Positions 50,273-59,551 of a stretch of 64,000 nt of DNA are shown one piece after another. Under the pieces are notes generated by a model. It was not told the DNA's origin. It did no database searches and saw only the letters and a program-made list of their open reading frames with translations. The stretch's first letter is position 1. Each line of letters begins with the position of its first letter. The position numbers were made by a program, and so were the translations under genes. This DNA is from an uncultured Actinomycetota bacterium (lineage in GTDB: Bacteria > Actinomycetota > Actinomycetes > JAHEKZ01), in assembly GCA_963829525.1 (NCBI GenBank), contig CAWHIJ010000003.1, positions 2,752,001 through 2,816,000 on the forward strand. Reading direction: 5' to 3'.

Positions 50273-51940
50273 GTGACCGATGGTCCGCTGATCGTCCAGA
50301 GCGACAAGACCCTGCTCCTGGAGGTCGAACACCCGCTCTCGGACGACTGCCGTCATGCGATTGCGCCCTTTGCCGAGCTCGAGCGTGCACCCGAACACGT
50401 CCACACCTATCGCGTCACACCGCTGGGCCTCTGGAACGCGCGGGCTGCCGGCCATGACGCTGAGCAGGTGGTCGACACTCTGCTCAAGTACAGCCGCTAC
50501 GCAGTACCGCACGCACTGCTCGTCGACATCGCCGAGACGATGGCTCGCTACGGGCGGTTGCAGCTGATGGCGCACCCGACCCACGGACTGGTGCTGCACA
50601 CCAACGACCGACCGGTCCTAGAAGAGGTGCTGAAGTCCAAGAAGATCGCACCACTGGTTGGTGAGCGGATCGACCAGGACTCCGTCATCGTGCATCCGTC
50701 CGAGCGCGGGCATATCAAGCAGGTGCTGCTCAAGCTTGGCTGGCCCGCCGAAGACCTTGCCGGCTACGTCGACGGTGAAGCGCACGCGATCGCACTGGAC
50801 GAAGGCGACTGGCACCTGCGCGACTACCAGCGGCACGCCGCCGAGAACTTCTTCCACGGTGGCTCCGGGGTCGTCGTACTGCCGTGCGGAGCGGGCAAGA
50901 CGATCGTCGGGGCTGCCGCCATGGCGATGGCTCAGGCCACAACGTTGATTCTGGTGACAAACACCGTTGCCGCCCGCCAGTGGCGCGACGAGCTGCTGCA
51001 CCGCACCAGCCTTACCGAGGACGAGATCGGCGAGTACTCCGGCGCCAAGAAGGAGATCCGTCCGGTCACCATCGCCACCTACCAGGTGATGACCACCAAG
51101 AGAAAGGGCACGTATGCGCATCTCGAGCTCTTCGACGCTCGGGACTGGGGGCTGATCCTCTACGACGAGGTGCACCTACTGCCGGCGCCGATCTTCCGTT
51201 TCACCGCCGACATTCAAGCGCGTCGAAGGCTTGGCCTGACGGCCACATTGGTCCGTGAGGATGGACGCGAAGGTGATGTCTTCTCGTTGATCGGGCCGAA
51301 ACGCTTTGACGCTCCGTGGAAGGAGATCGAGGCGCAGGGTTACATCGCTCCAGCGGAGTGCATCGAGGTCAGGGTCACACTTCCCGAGCGCGAGCGGCTG
51401 GCCTACGCCACCGCCGAGCCAGAGGAGCGTTATCGGCTCTGCTCCACGTCGCAGGAAAAGTCGCGCATAGTCGAGCGGTTGGTCGAACAACATCGTGGTC
51501 AGCCGACACTCGTGATCGGCCAGTACATCGATCAGCTGGACGAGCTGGCCGGCCGGCTGGACGTTCCGGTCGTCAAGGGCGAGACAACCGTGAAAGAGCG
51601 CGAACGACTCTTCAACGCCTTCCGTTCGGGCGAGATCACCACACTGGTCGTCAGCAAGGTCGCGAATTTTTCCATCGACCTGCCAGAGGCCAGCGTCGCC
51701 ATTCAGGTGTCCGGCGCCTTCGGCTCACGGCAGGAGGAAGCCCAGCGCCTCGGCCGCATCCTCCGGCCCAAGGCCGACGGTCGCTCGGCGCGTTTCTACG
51801 CCGTGGTGGCGCGTGACACGGTCGACCAGGACTTCGCCCAGCACCGCCAACGTTTCCTCGCTGAGCAGGGGTACAGCTACACCATCACTGATGCCGACGA
51901 CCTGCCGGCCGCCGACCTCGGCTCTGCTGATGACCGCTGA
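50273..51940 (+). CDS. xpb: DNA repair helicase XPB (ERCC3)
   Basis: TDGPLIVQSDKTLLLE, VLPCGAGKT, DEVHLLPA, GLTATL, QRLGRILR. Confidence 0.95.
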   Translation: MTDGPLIVQSDKTLLLEVEHPLSDDCRHAIAPFAELERAPEHVHTYRVTPLGLWNARAAGHDAEQVVDTLLKYSRYAVPHALLVDIAETMARYGRLQLMAHPTHGLVLHTNDRPVLEEVLKSKKIAPLVGERIDQDSVIVHPSERGHIKQVLLKLGWPAEDLAGYVDGEAHAIALDEGDWHLRDYQRHAAENFFHGGSGVVVLPCGAGKTIVGAAAMAMAQATTLILVTNTVAARQWRDELLHRTSLTEDEIGEYSGAKKEIRPVTIATYQVMTTKRKGTYAHLELFDARDWGLILYDEVHLLPAPIFRFTADIQARRRLGLTATLVREDGREGDVFSLIGPKRFDAPWKEIEAQGYIAPAECIEVRVTLPERERLAYATAEPEERYRLCSTSQEKSRIVERLVEQHRGQPTLVIGQYIDQLDELAGRLDVPVVKGETTVKERERLFNAFRSGEITTLVVSKVANFSIDLPEASVAIQVSGAFGSRQEEAQRLGRILRPKADGRSARFYAVVARDTVDQDFAQHRQRFLAEQGYSYTITDADDLPAADLGSADDR

Positions 51941-52268
51941 TCCCGAGACAGCGCTCGTCGATGCGAGGGCACGCGTCCTGCACGACCTGTCCGCGACCCT
52001 GCCGACGACGCCCCTCGTGATCGACGCCCTGGATGCCGCCATCAGCGAGCGACGCGACTGGGTCGAACCCTGGCCAGAGGGTGCCGCCTTCCTCGCCTGC
52101 CTGGTGGCACAAGACGTCCAGGAGGCGATCGCCCCGTCCGTTGGGCGCTGGCCTCGCTGCCGGACCAACGGCGACCACACCCTGCACGTCGAACCCGATC
52201 TCGGTGAGGACCCGTCCTGGGTCTGCGAGAGCTGTTCGGCGGTTGTTGCCGCAATCGGCGAACTCTGA
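51930..52268 (+). CDS. Conserved hypothetical protein with Cys/His cluster
   Basis: W.EGAAFLACLVAQDVQ..RWPRC..H.LHVEPDLG..WVCESC; overlaps the xpb stop. Confidence 0.7.
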   Translation: MTADPETALVDARARVLHDLSATLPTTPLVIDALDAAISERRDWVEPWPEGAAFLACLVAQDVQEAIAPSVGRWPRCRTNGDHTLHVEPDLGEDPSWVCESCSAVVAAIGEL

Positions 52269-52315
52269 CGCTGGTTCGCGCCACTGCGCGAGCCGATTCA
52301 CGCCACACTGGGGCC

Positions 52316-52930
52316 ATGCGCGAGCCAACCGAACGCGAAGCACGCCTCCTCGATGCCGCCGTTGTGACCGGTGGCCTCGGCCCCAGGTACGCCCAGCCAC
52401 ACCGGGAGTACCACAACCTGATGCACATCGAAGACGTCCTGCTCCGGATCGAAGAGCTGGAACCTCCGCTTGAGCATGAGCTCTCGCTGGCGCTTGCCGC
52501 CTGGTTTCACGACGCGGTCTATCAACCGGGACAGGACGACAATGAGGACCGCAGCGCCTACGCGGCGTATGACGCCCTCGAGCAGGTGGGTGCTGACCCC
52601 GAGCTGATTTCCGAGGTCGTGCGACTCATCCGATTGACAGCGGAGCATGATCCTGAGGATGACGATCTCGCCGGCGCCGTGCTCTGCGATGCCGACCTCG
52701 CGATCCTCGCTGCTGTGCCAGACCGCTACGCCCAGTACGCCATGGCCATTCGGCAGGAGTATGTCCACGTGACCGAAGCAGACTTCCGCGCCGGGCGAGC
52801 CAAGGTGTTGCGCCGATTCCTCGACCGGCCAACCATCTACCACACGGCGCATGGCTGCGAGCATTGGGAAGCGGCAGCGCGCGCCAACATCGCCACGGAG
52901 ATCGCTTCTCTCGAGCGAAGCGATGAGTGA
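52316..52930 (+). CDS. HD-superfamily phosphohydrolase
   Basis: YAQPHREYHNL.H, AWFHDAVY, NEDRSA, LCDADLAIL, IRQEY. Confidence 0.88.
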   Translation: MREPTEREARLLDAAVVTGGLGPRYAQPHREYHNLMHIEDVLLRIEELEPPLEHELSLALAAWFHDAVYQPGQDDNEDRSAYAAYDALEQVGADPELISEVVRLIRLTAEHDPEDDDLAGAVLCDADLAILAAVPDRYAQYAMAIRQEYVHVTEADFRAGRAKVLRRFLDRPTIYHTAHGCEHWEAAARANIATEIASLERSDE

Positions 52931-53288
52931 CAGCGCCCCACACGTCGTTGACCTGCGCATGGTGTGCTTCGACGCTGCCGACCCGCCAGCCCTTGCCGGA
53001 TTCTGGGCGAGCCTCCTGGGCGGGGAGATGTCCGTCGACGGGGAGGGTGACGCGTGGGTCACGGTGGGTTCTGGGCCACGGCTGGACTTCCTTCGCGTGC
53101 CAGAGGTGAAGACGCTGAAGAATCGTCTCCACCTTGACATTGCGGTCACCAATGTAGAGCTGGCCACTTCCGAAGCTCTGGCGCTTGGGGCATCCTTGGC
53201 CGGCGACGTCCACCACGGCGGACCCTGGCAGGTGCTCCGTGACCCCGAGGGCAACGAGTTCTGCCTGCTCCCCCCTGACCTGTCCTGA
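52923..53288 (+). CDS. VOC/glyoxalase family protein
   Basis: FDAADPPALAGFW..KNRLHLDI..LRDPEGNEFC. Confidence 0.88.
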   Translation: MSDSAPHVVDLRMVCFDAADPPALAGFWASLLGGEMSVDGEGDAWVTVGSGPRLDFLRVPEVKTLKNRLHLDIAVTNVELATSEALALGASLAGDVHHGGPWQVLRDPEGNEFCLLPPDLS

Positions 53289-53300
53289 AAGGTAACCCGA

Positions 53301-54983
53301 ATGAAAAGCCTGATGCCGGAGTGGACACAGGGGTACTCCCGCACGTACGTCGCGAAAGACATGGTGGCCGGCGGCACTCTGGCCGCGGTCGCCATCCCTG
53401 AGGTTCTCGGGTACACCTCGATCTCGCAGACACCCCTGGCTACGGGTCTCTACACGATCATCTTCCCGACGATCGTGTTCGCACTGTTCTGCTCGTCTCG
53501 CCTTCTCGTGGTGGGGGCTGACTCGGCAACAGCGGCCCTGATGTCGGCCGGGCTCCTGACCCTGGGGTCGGTGAACCTGACGCCGTACTCCGACAAGTGG
53601 GTGGCTTACACGAGCATCGTGGCGATCACCTGCGCCGCCTTGCTGCTTCTCGCCCGCATCCTCAAGCTCGGCTTCCTGGGTGACTTCCTGTCAGCATCGG
53701 TGCTGATCGGCTTCCTCACCGGTGTCGGCATCTCGGTGCTCAGTGGTCAGATCCCCGACATGCTCGGGATCCCCAAGGGAACGGGCAACTGGTTCGAGCA
53801 GCAGTGGGCCTGGATCAGCTCGCTTGGCGACATCCAGTGGGAAACCGCCGCCTTCGCGGCGGCCACGATTCTGATCATCGTCGGTTTCAAGAAGTTTGCA
53901 CCGCGGGTCCCCGGAGCACTGATCGCCGTCATCGTCCTCACCGGGATCTCGGCAGCAACCGACGCCGCTTCGCAGGGAGTCGCCGTCGTCGGCACCGTAC
54001 CGGCCGGCTTCCCACCTGTTGGTCTCCCGAAGGGGTTCAGCCTCTCTGAGGCATTCTCAGTGCTGGCCATTGCGCTCTCCTGCCTGGTCCTGATCATTGC
54101 TCAGAGTGCGGCAACGGGCCGCAGTTTCGCCATGAAGCATGGCGACAAGGTCGATATCAACCGCGACATTGTGGGCCTGTCCGGAGCCAACCTGGCGGCA
54201 GGGCTGACCGGAACCTTCGTGGTCAACGGCTCACCGACCAAGACCGAGATTCTCGATGAGCAGCACGGCCGATCGCAGGTCGCGAACCTCACGATGGCTG
54301 CCATCGCGCTGCTCTTCACGATGTTCTTCACCACGTTGCTGGCCGACATGCCGAAGGCTGTTCTGGCCGGAATCGTGTTCCTGATCGGCGTAGGGCTCAT
54401 CGACATTCTCGGCATGCGCACCATCAAGATGATGCGGGTGAGCGAGTTCTGGATTGCCGTCGCAACGACCGTGGTGGTCTTCGCAGTTGGCGTCGAGCAG
54501 GGAATCATCGTCGCGATCGTTGTTTCCATCCTGGACATCATCCGGCGCCAATACCGACCCGCGTCCTTCGTGGTCAGTGAGACCCACGACGACGAACCGG
54601 TCTACACGAAGGCAGCGCCCGGAACCCAGAGCGAACCAGGCTTGGTGGTCTTCCGCTATGACTCTGAGCTCTTCTACGCCAACGCGAACCGGTTCGTCGA
54701 AGACGTCCAAGCGGTCATTGCCGGCGCACCAGATCAGGTGCGATGGGTCGTCCTTGACACGACTGCCATCACCGACCTGGACTACTCAGCCGGCATCGCC
54801 TTCAAGGGGCTGGCCAACTACCTCGAGGCCAACGGCATCGCACTTGGCGTCACCAGCGTCGATCCTGTGCTCCTCGAGACGATGAAGCACTACGGGCTCG
54901 GCGACCTCATTCCGGAATCGATGATGTTCGACACCATCGAGGAAGCCATCGCCGGCTTCCGGGCGGCTCCCCACCCTGCGTGA
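53301..54983 (+). CDS. SulP-family anion permease with STAS domain
   Basis: DMVAGGTLAAVAIPEVLGY, VVGADSATA, VVNGSPTKT, LFYANA. Confidence 0.9.
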   Translation: MKSLMPEWTQGYSRTYVAKDMVAGGTLAAVAIPEVLGYTSISQTPLATGLYTIIFPTIVFALFCSSRLLVVGADSATAALMSAGLLTLGSVNLTPYSDKWVAYTSIVAITCAALLLLARILKLGFLGDFLSASVLIGFLTGVGISVLSGQIPDMLGIPKGTGNWFEQQWAWISSLGDIQWETAAFAAATILIIVGFKKFAPRVPGALIAVIVLTGISAATDAASQGVAVVGTVPAGFPPVGLPKGFSLSEAFSVLAIALSCLVLIIAQSAATGRSFAMKHGDKVDINRDIVGLSGANLAAGLTGTFVVNGSPTKTEILDEQHGRSQVANLTMAAIALLFTMFFTTLLADMPKAVLAGIVFLIGVGLIDILGMRTIKMMRVSEFWIAVATTVVVFAVGVEQGIIVAIVVSILDIIRRQYRPASFVVSETHDDEPVYTKAAPGTQSEPGLVVFRYDSELFYANANRFVEDVQAVIAGAPDQVRWVVLDTTAITDLDYSAGIAFKGLANYLEANGIALGVTSVDPVLLETMKHYGLGDLIPESMMFDTIEEAIAGFRAAPHPA

Positions 54984-55256
54984 TCACTGGCCCTTGGCGC
55001 TGCGGGGACGCCGGCGACGCAGCCCTGACGCGTTCAGCCTGGCCACCAGGTCGCGGGAGGTGACAGGTATCGCGCCCGCGGCGATGAGGTCGTCGCGACG
55101 CTCGACGGGGACGTCGTAGTGGTCGCCGTCAAAGCCACGTGCAGGAACGTCGAACGGGGCGACGAACGCGTGCAACTCATCGAATGACGTGTCGCTGGCC
55201 AGGTGGCACCAGAACCGACCGTGCGCCGGCACCTGAGCATCGTCGATAACAATCAC
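54984..55256 (-). CDS. DUF4031 family protein
   Basis: IDD..PAHGRFWCHLASDTSFDELHAF..FDGDHYDVP. Confidence 0.85.
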   Translation of the reverse strand: MIVIDDAQVPAHGRFWCHLASDTSFDELHAFVAPFDVPARGFDGDHYDVPVERRDDLIAAGAIPVTSRDLVARLNASGLRRRRPRSAKGQ

Positions 55257-55356
55257 GATGCGCTGACCACCAGCTGGGCAGGCAGGGAGACGACCACGTG
55301 CCCATCGAACCAGGTCGGGTCGATAATGGGGCCCCGAACCGAACGGAGCCAGCCTC

Positions 55357-57315
55357 GTGACCGCCTTCCCCCAGCTCTTTTCACCGATCCAGATCGGCTC
55401 GCTCACGGTGAAGAACCGGATCTTGTCGTCGGGCCACGACACCGTCATGGCCGAGGACGGAAAGATCGGCGACCGGCTCGTGGCCTACCACGAGGCACGC
55501 GCATTGGGCGGGGTCGGACTGATCGTCGCGCAGGTTGCCGGTGTCCATCAGAGCGCGAAGTATTCCGCGAGCATCTTGATGGCCGACACCGACGACTGCA
55601 TCGCCGGCTACCGCGCGCTGGCCGACACCGTGCATCCCCACGGAACGGCGCTCTTCGGTCAGCTCTTCCACGACGGGCGCGAGATGATGGAGAGCCAGGA
55701 CGGGTCATTGTCAGTGGCGCTCGCCCCCTCGGCGGTGCCGACCGAACGCTTCCATGTGATGCCGCGCGCGATGCCGGTCTCGCTGATCGACGAGATCGTC
55801 GCGTCCTTTGGCTCCGCCGCCCGTCGGTTGCAGACCGCCGGTCTCGACGGCGTCGAGATCGTGGCCTCTCACGGCTACCTTCCCGCGCAGTTCCTCAACC
55901 CGCGGGTGAACCTCCGCGAAGACCAGTACGGAGGATCGGCTGAGAACCGGCTGCGCTTCCTGAGGGAGGTGATCGCGTCGGTCCGCGAGCAGGTTGGCCG
56001 GGACTTCGTCGTCGGCGTCCGCGTCTCAGCGTCGGAGGAGTCTGAGGCCGGGTTCAGTGCCGACGAGATGCTCGACGCCCTTCGGGCGTTGGACCGAGAA
56101 GGCACCATCGACTACATCAGCGTCGTGGCCGGGACATCGGCCACGCTCATCGGCTCAGACCACATCGCGCCGCAGATGAGCTTTGCACCCGCCTATCTCG
56201 CACCGATGTCGGCAAGAGTCAAAGCAGCTATCAACGTCCCCGTCATGGTCGCGGGCCGGATCAACCAGCCGCAGGAAGGCGAGCAGGTGCTCGCCAACGA
56301 GCAAGCCGACATGGTCGTCATGACCCGCGCGCTGATCTGTGACCCTCTCATGCCGGCCAAGGCCGAACAGGGGCTAGCTGACGAGATCCGCGCCTGCATC
56401 GGCTGCAACCAGGCGTGCATCGGCCACTTCCATGCCGGCTATCCCATCTCGTGCATCCAGCATCCGGAGACAGGACGCGAGCGCACCTACGGCATCCGGC
56501 GTCCGGCGGCAGCGGCGAAGGACGTCATGGTGGTCGGCGGTGGCGTGGCAGGCTTGAAGGCGGCCGTCGTCGCGGCAGAGCGCGGGCATCGCGTCACGGT
56601 GTACGAGGCTGGCCGCCGCCCTGGCGGCCAGGTGTTGCTGGCCGAACAGCTGCCAGGGCGCGCCGAGTTCGGTGGCGCCGTAACCAACCTGCTGAGCGAG
56701 GTCGACCGGTACGGCGTCAAGGTTGTCACCGGTCAGCGCGTTGATGATGCCTTCGTCCGTGACCAGAAGCCAGATGCCGTCGTCGTCGCAACTGGAGCGA
56801 CGCCACGAGTTCCCCACCTCGAGCTGATGGACGACCCCACCGTGCTCACGGCATGGGACATCATCAACGACGCGAAGCTCGCGTCCGGACGCGTCGTGGT
56901 CGCCGACTGGAGGTGCGACTGGATCGGTCTCGGGATCGCGCAGCGGCTGGCGCAACAGGGTCACAAGGTGACGCTCGCCGTCGACGGCTACATGCCAGGG
57001 CAGCGCATCCAGCAGTACGTGCGTGACGAGATGACCAAGCAGGTGCTGCTCGTGGGCGTCGAGATCATCACGCTGGTTCGGCTTTACGGCGCAGATGCTG
57101 ACAGCGTCTACCTGCAGCATGTGCTCACCGGAGAGCCCGTGGTGGTAGACGACGTTGCGGCGCTGGTGCTCTCACAGGGGCACGACTCGGTCACTGAGCT
57201 GATCGACTCCCTTGCCGACTACGCCGGCGACGTGCACGCGATCGGCGACTGCCTGGCGCCGCGCACCGTCGAGGAGGCCATCCTCGAAGGCCTGCGTGTG
57301 GGGTCAGACCTCTGA
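55357..57315 (+). CDS. NADH:flavin oxidoreductase (OYE-like TIM barrel + 4Fe-4S + FAD; StcD/DgcA-like)
   Basis: LFSPIQIG..KNRI, DGVEIVASHGYL.AQFL, CIGCNQAC..C, VVGGGVAG, IGDCLAPR. Confidence 0.9.
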   Translation: MTAFPQLFSPIQIGSLTVKNRILSSGHDTVMAEDGKIGDRLVAYHEARALGGVGLIVAQVAGVHQSAKYSASILMADTDDCIAGYRALADTVHPHGTALFGQLFHDGREMMESQDGSLSVALAPSAVPTERFHVMPRAMPVSLIDEIVASFGSAARRLQTAGLDGVEIVASHGYLPAQFLNPRVNLREDQYGGSAENRLRFLREVIASVREQVGRDFVVGVRVSASEESEAGFSADEMLDALRALDREGTIDYISVVAGTSATLIGSDHIAPQMSFAPAYLAPMSARVKAAINVPVMVAGRINQPQEGEQVLANEQADMVVMTRALICDPLMPAKAEQGLADEIRACIGCNQACIGHFHAGYPISCIQHPETGRERTYGIRRPAAAAKDVMVVGGGVAGLKAAVVAAERGHRVTVYEAGRRPGGQVLLAEQLPGRAEFGGAVTNLLSEVDRYGVKVVTGQRVDDAFVRDQKPDAVVVATGATPRVPHLELMDDPTVLTAWDIINDAKLASGRVVVADWRCDWIGLGIAQRLAQQGHKVTLAVDGYMPGQRIQQYVRDEMTKQVLLVGVEIITLVRLYGADADSVYLQHVLTGEPVVVDDVAALVLSQGHDSVTELIDSLADYAGDVHAIGDCLAPRTVEEAILEGLRVGSDL

Positions 57316-57391
57316 CCGTCGAGGCTCTCTGAGGGCGTGAGCCACCGGCCCACGTTGACGGCTGATTGAGTGTTCAGTCAGGATTGCCCTC

Positions 57392-59458
57392 GTGAACCTC
57401 GACCGTCTTCTCGCCCCCCGCTCCGTCGCCGTCGTCGGTGCATCGCCGCGTGTCGACACCTACGGACACCAGGCGCTCGACAACCTCGTTGCTGCGCAGT
57501 TCAACGGGCCGGTCTTCGGAGTCCACCCTCGCGAGACCGAGGTGCTCGGTGTTCGTTGCTACCCGACGCTCTCCGATCTCCCCGAAGTTCCCGATGCGAT
57601 CGTCATCGCAACGCCGGCGGCCACGGTGCCCAACCTGATCGACGAAGCCGGACGCCTCGGGGTAGGCGGTGCCGTGGTCATCGCAGCCGGCTTCGCTGAG
57701 GTCGAGCATGGCCGCGACCTGCAACGACAACTTCGTGAGAACGCGCTGCGGTACGACATGCCCGTCTGCGGTCCGAACGGAAACGGTCTCGTCTCTGTCG
57801 TCCGCCGCGCACCCCTCTGGGGCGACGGCTACAACATCGCGTCGGCCGGCGGTGTCGCACTGGTGTCGCAGAGCGGCAATGTCGCGGTGAACGCGATCGG
57901 GGCGGCGCGCGCGCTTCACCTGCACACCGTCATCTCATGCGGCAATCAGGCCGTGCTTGACGCCTCCGACTACGTCGTCGCTCTCGCCGAGCAAGAGGGT
58001 GTTCGCTCAATCGCGTTGTACCTCGAGGCCGAGGGTGACGGCGTGCGGCTCACCGAGGGATTAGCGATGTGCGCCGAGCGCGAGATCGGCGTCGTGGTGT
58101 TGAAGTCGGGCCGTAGCGCACTTGGTGCAACGGCAGCCGCAGCGCACACCGGCGCCGTCGCCGGCGACGCGCAGGTCCTCCGCGCACTTATCGAGGACGC
58201 TGGTGGGGCTTGGGTAGACGACCCGCACGAACTGCTCGAGACCGCCAAGGCGATGGCCCACGGGCGCCGCAAGGTCGGCGCCGGAGTCGCCGTCATCACC
58301 TGCTCCGGCGGTGACGCGGCGATCAGCGCCGACGAAGCCGACCGCCTCGGGATCCCGCTGCCGCCACTCGCCGACGCGACGAAGGCCGCACTTGAGCCGA
58401 TCGTTCCGGACGCCGCGACCATCGGGAACCCGCTCGACTACACCGCCATGATCTGGGGCGACGTCGAGGGCATCGCCAACATCGTCCGCGTGACCGCCTC
58501 TGATCCATCGCTCGGCCAGGTCCTCGTCTACTACGACATGCCGCAGAAGATGGGAGCCGCCGCCAGCTACAGCTGGAACAGCCAGCTTGACGGGATTCTG
58601 CTGGGAGGTCAGGACTCCGACGCACCGGTGATCGTCGCATCAACACTGCCTGACCTCCTGCCGGAGGACTTGGTCGACAAGTGCCTGCAGCGCGGTGTGC
58701 CAGCGGTGTGGGGACTGACCACCGGCATCAAGGTTGCCGATGCCATGCGCCGTCCGTTCGGCGACCCCGTTCGGCTACGCGGGGTCGGAGCGATCGCCGG
58801 ACCGGCCAACCCTGGCGAGTGGCTCGCCGAGCACGAGGCGAAGTACCTGCTGGCCAAGGCGGGCGTTTCCGTGCCACGTGGTGGCGTCGCCTCGACCACG
58901 GACGAGCTCGCCGCGCTGATCTATGAGTTTGATGGTCCGATGGCGATGAAGCTGAGCCACGCATCCCTGCAGCACAAGAGCGACATCGGCGCACTCGAGC
59001 TTGGCGTCGTTGGCACTGACCATGCACGTGCAGCCTTCGACCGACTCCGCGCGATCGACGGTCATCACGACTCCCCAGTGCTCGTCGAGCAGATGCAGGC
59101 GCCCGGTGTGGAGCTGCTTATCGCCGCGCGCCGTGACTCGGTCGTGCCGTGTCTGGTCATCGGGCTCGGCGGCCTCTGGGTCGAGGCCGTGGGTGACGCA
59201 GCCGTCATCCCGTTGCCAGCCGATGCCGCTCGGGTAGAGGCAGCGATCGGCTCTCTGCGCGGCGCTTCGCTGCTGACCGGCGGACGCGGGCGCCCACCCG
59301 TCGACCTCGAGGCAGTCACCGATGTCGCGGTACGGGTCGGTCAGCTGTTGATCGACGAAGATCTGATGCTGGTCGAGCTCAACCCGGTTTTCGCGCGCCC
59401 CGCTGGCGCCGACTCTGGGGCCGTCGCCGTCGACGCGGTCATCCGTCGCACCGCCTGA
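57392..59458 (+). CDS. Acetate--CoA ligase family (ADP-forming acyl-CoA synthetase, alpha/beta fused)
   Basis: LLAPRSVAVVGAS, GPNG.G, SQSG, AHTGAVAG, NPLDY, HKSDIG, ELNPV. Confidence 0.9.
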   Translation: MNLDRLLAPRSVAVVGASPRVDTYGHQALDNLVAAQFNGPVFGVHPRETEVLGVRCYPTLSDLPEVPDAIVIATPAATVPNLIDEAGRLGVGGAVVIAAGFAEVEHGRDLQRQLRENALRYDMPVCGPNGNGLVSVVRRAPLWGDGYNIASAGGVALVSQSGNVAVNAIGAARALHLHTVISCGNQAVLDASDYVVALAEQEGVRSIALYLEAEGDGVRLTEGLAMCAEREIGVVVLKSGRSALGATAAAAHTGAVAGDAQVLRALIEDAGGAWVDDPHELLETAKAMAHGRRKVGAGVAVITCSGGDAAISADEADRLGIPLPPLADATKAALEPIVPDAATIGNPLDYTAMIWGDVEGIANIVRVTASDPSLGQVLVYYDMPQKMGAAASYSWNSQLDGILLGGQDSDAPVIVASTLPDLLPEDLVDKCLQRGVPAVWGLTTGIKVADAMRRPFGDPVRLRGVGAIAGPANPGEWLAEHEAKYLLAKAGVSVPRGGVASTTDELAALIYEFDGPMAMKLSHASLQHKSDIGALELGVVGTDHARAAFDRLRAIDGHHDSPVLVEQMQAPGVELLIAARRDSVVPCLVIGLGGLWVEAVGDAAVIPLPADAARVEAAIGSLRGASLLTGGRGRPPVDLEAVTDVAVRVGQLLIDEDLMLVELNPVFARPAGADSGAVAVDAVIRRTA

Positions 59459-59480
59459 CCCTCACCCGACAAACCCCAGA

Positions 59481-59551
59481 CGTCAACCAGGTGTGCACTC
59501 GGCGGGCTTGGGCGTCAACCAGGTGTGCACTCGGCGGGCTTGGGCGTCAAC
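59481..59551. repeat. Tandem repeat, 2 x 32 bp plus a 7-bp partial (CGTCAACCAGGTGTGCACTCGGCGGGCTTGGG)
   Basis: Exact copies at 59481 and 59513; the partial third copy contains the EEP gene stop codon. Confidence 0.93.

Noticed and set aside
59481-59551. Mini-CRISPR (32-bp repeat)
   Set aside because: The copies are head-to-tail with no spacer.
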